Below, piece by piece: positions 58,605-64,000 of a stretch of 64,000 nt of DNA; positions within the stretch are counted from its first letter, which is position 1, and the number at the start of each line of letters is the position of its first letter. This stretch comes from the human T2T-CHM13v2.0 reference genome, Homo sapiens: the NCBI RefSeq assembly GCF_009914755.1, contig NC_060932.1, one strand, 5' to 3'. The translations under genes were made by a program, and so were the position numbers. The notes under the pieces were generated by a model. The model worked only from the letters and a program-made list of their open reading frames with translations. It was not told the DNA's origin and did no database searches.

Positions 58605-58790
58605 AGATGTGCTCTGAAGTCCAGAGTTCGGTTCAAATCCTGATTTAAGTACTCACAGACGTGTGACGTTTGATGACGAAGTTGACTTCTGAGAATTGTT
58701 TGTCTCACGTACAAAGTAGGGATAATAATTTAGTCATGTCATGGGATTGCTGTGTGGCTTAATTACGTGTGAATGATTTAAGGTAGCTCA
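58605..58790 (+). mobile_element. MIR
   Basis: ggttcaaatcctg...tgtgacg...gtacaaagtagggataataat. Confidence 0.65.
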
Positions 58791-58799
58791 GGATGCAGA

Positions 58800-59220
58800 A
58801 TTTAGTCCTCTCCTCTATTAATACACACTCCCTCGGTGGTCTCATGTGATCTCAGGACTTCAAATACCATCTGTATACTGTGACCCCCAATTTATACATC
58901 GAGCTAAATTTCTCCCCTGAACTCCAGACTTGTATATCAAACTGTGTACTAGAAATCTCCTCTGTGATGTCTAACATGCAATTAATAACATATCCCAAAC
59001 TGAGTTATTTATCTCCACCCCCTCATCAACCTTCTCTTGTAGCTGTTCTCCTAGGCGAAACTACCTTCCTCATTCCTCAGGCCAGAATCTCTGGAGACAT
59101 CCTTGACTCCTCTTTTTCTCTCAAGCTCCAAATCCAAGTCATTTGTAATACTTTGGGGTCTAACTTCAAAAGAATTCCAGAATCCTTTCACTTCTCACTA
59201 TCTCCTCTGCTAAAAATCAG
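58800..59220 (+). mobile_element. L2 fragment (continues in pieces at ~61035-61160, ~61830-62070, ~62615-62850)
   Basis: tctcccctgaactccagacttgtatatc...catccttgactcctc; 3' end cttactgaatgaat at ~62840. Confidence 0.8.
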
Positions 59221-59221
59221 C

Positions 59222-59335
59222 TTGACATAGTTGACATTTATAGAATTCTTCATCAAACAACAGAAGAGACATATGCTTTTCAATTGCTCCTGGAACATTT
59301 ACCAAGATAGGCCACAGACAGAGACATAAAACATA
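59222..59335 (+). mobile_element. Old L1M ORF2 (EN) fragment
   Basis: gacatttatagaa...ggaacatttaccaagataggccac. Confidence 0.6.
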
Positions 59336-59457
59336 TCCCAACCCCTGTTATCTCTTTTCTGGTGTGATAGATAGCTGCCATTTGCCCCTCCTTAGCCACT
59401 CACTGCCCACCATACATTTTATCTTGTGTCCTGGAGGCAAACTGGTGTGAGCTACCT

Positions 59458-59655
59458 CAGGGGTCAAAAAAAATTCTGTAGAGGGCTAGATAGTAAATAT
59501 TTAAGGCTTTTCTGATCAAATGGTCTCTATTGTAGCAATTCAATTCCACAGTTATGGTGTAAAAGCAGCTGTAGATAAGAAAATTAAGAGCAAGAGTATA
59601 TTCCAATAAAGCTCCCTCTACTGAATCAGGCAGTAGGTCACATACCTACAGTTAG
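59458..59655 (+). mobile_element. MER58A
   Basis: caggggtcaaaa...gggctagatagtaaatattt...ttccaataaa. Confidence 0.75.
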
Positions 59656-59793
59656 ATGACATCAAGGATTTCCCTTGCATTCTATTGGGATTCCACTGGT
59701 TTGGTCAATAGGGTATATTAGCAAGATATGAAAGGAGGAGAGAAGAGAATGTTGGTGTGTTTATTCCACAGGAACCTGCAGGGTTCCTGCAGC

Positions 59794-60293
59794 TGTTACT
59801 GAAACACCAGGGATTTGATGTAGGTCCTGCTGCTCTCTGCACAGAAATGCAATCACTGAGACAATGAGTATTGCCAGGAAAGAAGGCTTTAATCAGGTGC
59901 TGCACCTGAGGAAATGGGAGATCAGTCTAAATCCATCTCCCTGACTGACTACAATAAGGGGTTAATATAGCAGGGAATAAATGTAACTTGCAGGAAAACA
60001 GGAAGTAGGGAGGGGTAGTGAAGAGGAGTTGGTTAACAGGAAGCAGGTGGTTGGTTAGGCAGTCACAGTGGGTGAGGGGTCTGAGATCTCATTGTCCAGA
60101 CACAAGAGATCTGATAAGTTTCAATTCCTTTCCTTAATACTATCTGGGAGGCTTGATGGTTGGTTTCCTGAGAAATGAACTCAAATAAGACAAGTGTAAC
60201 TTCCTCAAGTTGCAAGATTGCGAGGGCTAATTTCTATCTTTATTTAAAAGAGACCATACACATCAGTTCTCTGGGACAATTGGGCAGGTGTCA
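59794..60293 (-). mobile_element. Solo ERV1 (MER4-group) LTR, family not resolved
   Basis: tgtta...tgtca termini, 4-bp TSD cagc (59790-59793 / 60294-60297); ctttaat and atatag are the antisense polyA signal and TATA box. Confidence 0.8.
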
Positions 60294-60600
60294 CAGCCTG
60301 GTTGTACCACACCTCAACCAAAGTTCTCAGTTCTCATCAGGGGGCCCTCTCCACCCAGCACTCTCTGTCACTGATTCCTTCTTGCTCATTCATTCAGGCC
60401 TAAAGGTGGTTATAGTACCTGCTCTGTTCCACTGGTTTCCTGACGTCCTGGCCACAGCTTTATAGTGTAATAGCCCCTTTACTAAACTGTTCTTTAGATT
60501 ACCCAGTGCAGTGTACCAGTGCTGCTTCTGGGATGCTGACTAATATACGTACGATAGTCCTAAACCTACTCTCCCTCTCTCACCCAGTCTGTGTGTGTGT

Positions 60601-61028
<428 letters not shown>

Positions 61029-61163
61029 TGACTCTACCTTTAACAGAGAGAATGATCCTGCTAAAACCAGTAACTTCAGGTCATGTCCTTCATCTGCTCT
61101 ATACTTCAGTGGCCCCTCAGTTTCCCTCAAAGCAAATGGCAAAGTTCTGACATGGCCTGGAAG

Positions 61164-61823
61164 TGAGGCAAGAGAATAGAGTCTAGAGGCAGAGAACTTA
61201 AGGACAATTCATATTGATTGCCTAAAGCTGAATCAAAGGAAAACACCAAGGTCTGTGGTTAGGGAATCTGAGGCCAGTTTGTGATAATTTCCTAAAGTTA
61301 AAAGGAAACCACCTGGGTCTCGGGGCAGGGACCTTAAAGCCAATTAACACAAACTTCCTAAAGCTAAACCAAAAGGAAAAACCCCATCTCCCCACACCGA
61401 GAAACAAAGGATCCAAGGCTACTCTCCCTACCACCCTCCTGCTTCCACCACGTCTCAAATGGAAGGAAGAGTGCCTTGGATTGGCCTCGGGCCAAGCACG
61501 GGCCATCCCTTTATCTGCAGATGGCACCAATTCGCCTCAGCCTTTAATTAGCCACAGAGCAAATCCTTCATCCCTGGTAAGGGGGTAGCCTATAGGGACC
61601 TCAAAAGGAGTACTTAAAAGCCAGAAAACATTGTAACCGGGCCTTTGAGCCACTTGCTGGGGCCCTCTGCCGCCCTGCGGAGTGCTTTCGTGCTTTAATA
61701 AATCCCTGCTTTCTCTGCTTCCTTCCTGTGTTTCATTCCTGTGTTGTTTGTGCATTTTTAATTCTTCGTTCAAAATGCCAAGGACCTGGACAGCTCACGC
61801 TCAGAGCCTTCCTTCCGGTAGCA
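61164..61823 (+). mobile_element. Solo ERV1 LTR, MER51 family
   Basis: tgaggcaagagaatagagtctagaggcag start, three ~68-bp U3 subrepeats, tacttaaaa TATA-like box, aataaa at ~61697, ends ggtagca; TSD gaag/ggag. Confidence 0.85.
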
Positions 61824-62083
61824 GGAGGGCTCTGCACTTTCTGCCCCCCACAGCCCAGTGTATCTGCATTTCTTTTCTTGATTCTCGATTCTCCCCTCAT
61901 GCCATCCCTGAGTCATGGGAGTGCCTCGGGCTTGTTCCTGCCTCGGGGGCCTGGCACTGGCTGTTCTTCCTGCTGGACAGGGTCTTTCAATAATCATAGG
62001 GCTTCCTCACACCACTTTGCTTCTTCTCTCAACTTGGCCCAAAACTCAATGAGTCCTCCTCTGGCTGCCCCATTTAACATTTT

Positions 62084-62597
62084 TTATTTTTTAATTTTTT
62101 TTATTTCCATAGGATTTTGGGGAGCAGGTAGTATTTGGTTACATAGGTTCTTTAGCGGTGATTTGCGAGATTTTGGTGTACCCATTACCCCAGCAGTATA
62201 CGCTGCACTCAATTTGTAGTCTTTTATCCCTCACCCCCTTCCCAACCTTCCCCCGACCCCCGAGTCCCCAAAGTCCATTGTATCATCCTTATGCTTTTGC
62301 AACCTCATAGTTTAGCTCCCACTTATGAGTGAGAACATACAATGTTTGGTTTTCCATTCCTGAGTTACTTCACTTAGAACAATCTCCAATCCCATGTACC
62401 CTGAGGAAAAGAAGTAATTATAGGAAAAAGATACTTGCACACTCATGTTTACAGCAGCACAATTCACAATCACAAAAATGTGGACCCAGCCCAAATGCCC
62501 ATCAATCAATGAGTGGATAAAGAGACTATGGTATATATGTATGTGATGGAATACTACTTGGCCATAAAAATGAATGGATTAATGGCATTTGCAGCAA
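62084..62597 (-). mobile_element. L1PB 3' fragment with 5' inversion (twin priming)
   Basis: Antisense 62084-62395, sense 62396-62597; 15-bp TSD cccatttaacatttt. Confidence 0.92.
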
Positions 62598-63149
62598 CCC
62601 ATTTAACATTTTATGTCCTCACTCCTCTTTCATTTCTAAGCCGACTTTCCTAGCTTAGTTTGTTTGATATAATGCTTACCATATTCTAACAGGCTATATA
62701 ATTTACTTCCTGCTTTTTGTCTCTTTCCCTACTACACGTTACACTTCACTAGGGCAGGGATTTTCGTCTCATTTGTACATTGATGAACTTTCAGTATCCT
62801 ATCCCTATGACAGCATAGGCACCCAGTACATGCTTACTGAATGAATACTGGTTATTTATGAAAAGTGCTAGACTTCGAATTGGGAAACCTGGTCTGAAAT
62901 TAAGGTTCTGCTTCATGTTTTCCATCATTCCTTTCTTCCCTCCTATGTGGTTCCCTTTCTTCCTCCAATACCCCTTGAAATTAGTGATTTTATAATTGCA
63001 CAGGGAAATTAATAGAAATCTACATTTTTTAAAAAAGTTATTTTCACCTTTTCAGACTCTCAAACTGATGTCAATATTCAGTATTCCTTTCCAACGATTG
63101 TTCGTATGCAAATACAATCTTATAAACATAACAAGGGTACTGTTTGTAT

Positions 63150-63560
63150 TTTACTTGTGGCTTATTTTTTCCACAATGAAAATGGCTTTTCTCCCTGATT
63201 ACACATACATGTTTATTGTAAAACAACTGAATGGTGAATAACATAAGAAAAAGAAAATAAGCAATATTAAAATCTTACCACCTGAAATACCACCATTAGC
63301 ATTTTGATTATCATCTGTATTTGCTTCCCATTAGGCATCTGTATTTGTATATATGTCTATTTTTTTAAAAAACAGAAAAAGGACTGTAAAATAAATTCTA
63401 TTTATGATAGGTCATTGGATCTATTTAAAAAATACGTATGAATACAGCTTTTCTAAACAAGATACTAACCTGGTATATGACATTTTATTGATAATTTTCT
63501 CTAGTTTGCTTTATTTTTAGGTTGAGATTCCAATATTTGTATTTACCTAAAGGAAGCAGT
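63150..63560 (-). mobile_element. Old L1ME 3' fragment
   Basis: atacatgtttattgtaaaaca...taccaccattagcattttg. Confidence 0.45.
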
Positions 63561-64000
63561 TTGTGTAATCGCTTTCAAACTTGAATATCATCTATGGACC
63601 ATTTTACAGTAAAAATAAAATTATTCTAAATCCTGAGCACTGATTGTAGTTATTTTGTTGGAATATTAATGTATATTAACAAGTAACTCAACATATTTTT
63701 TGTTTATAGCTCTTATGTAAACTCAAAGTTTGTAAATTAAATATAAAAGCAACACTGCAAAAATCAATAAGATTCAAATTAATATTATTAACATAATATA
63801 ATGCATGATACTATTTTGATAAAACTAAATTTATAATGTTTAGTTTAATGATTAAATGAAATAGTCTCAACTTTGGTCCTATATTTAATCTCTCTCAGTA
63901 TTTTTGCTTAATAATACAGAAAATGTGAATTTGTAATTGTGTTTTACCAATTAAAATTAGTACCTTTAAGGCATTGTCGGCTAGTTCAAGTCAGTCAAAC

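Larger units (their letters stand above)
59363..60547 (+). mobile_element. LTR33-like ERVL LTR interrupted by MER58A and an ERV1 LTR
   Basis: ggtttggtcaatagg...gtgtttattcc | ttcaggcctaaaggtgg...ctgactaata. Confidence 0.65.

Noticed and set aside
59769-59789. Hairpin caggaacc-tgcag-ggttcctg
   Set aside because: 8-bp stem within a decayed LTR; expected by chance or local mutation
61180-61385. Three ~68-bp direct repeats, superficially array-like
   Set aside because: Contiguous diverged U3 subrepeats within a MER51 LTR; no unique spacers; not CRISPR

Overview
Primate (catarrhine-type, probably human or great ape) non-coding genomic DNA, mostly interspersed repeats. Repeat families were recognised by eye against remembered consensus sequences, so subfamily labels and edges without a target-site duplication (TSD) are approximate. 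I find no host protein-coding exon, RNA gene or CRISPR array. The recognisable ORF-track hits are broken L1 ORF1/ORF2, Tigger1 or Alu translations. Layout: (1) 180-15409 is a MER58B split by a 14.9 kb nest: a full-length L1PA13-like element holding two Alus, an MLT2A LTR and a second full-length L1PA8/10-like element, ending in an apparent ~280 bp 3' transduction. (2) 16-24 kb holds old L3/MIR/L2/HAL1 debris, a solo HERV-H LTR7 and a TSD-flanked orphan retro-insert. (3) 24.8-41.2 kb is Tigger1 plus two L1MA elements with nested Alus, MSTA and L1 fragments. (4) 42.2-50.2 kb is a minus-strand L1PA16-like element whose middle is replaced by a MER3 scrap plus a 3'-less L1PB. (5) 53-57.6 kb is the only long repeat-poor block, possibly regulatory. 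(6) 57.6-64 kb is an LTR/L2 mosaic with a twin-primed L1PB. I see no evidence of a new biological system. The best observations are mechanistic fossils: L1 transductions and ~95-100 bp locally templated insertions.
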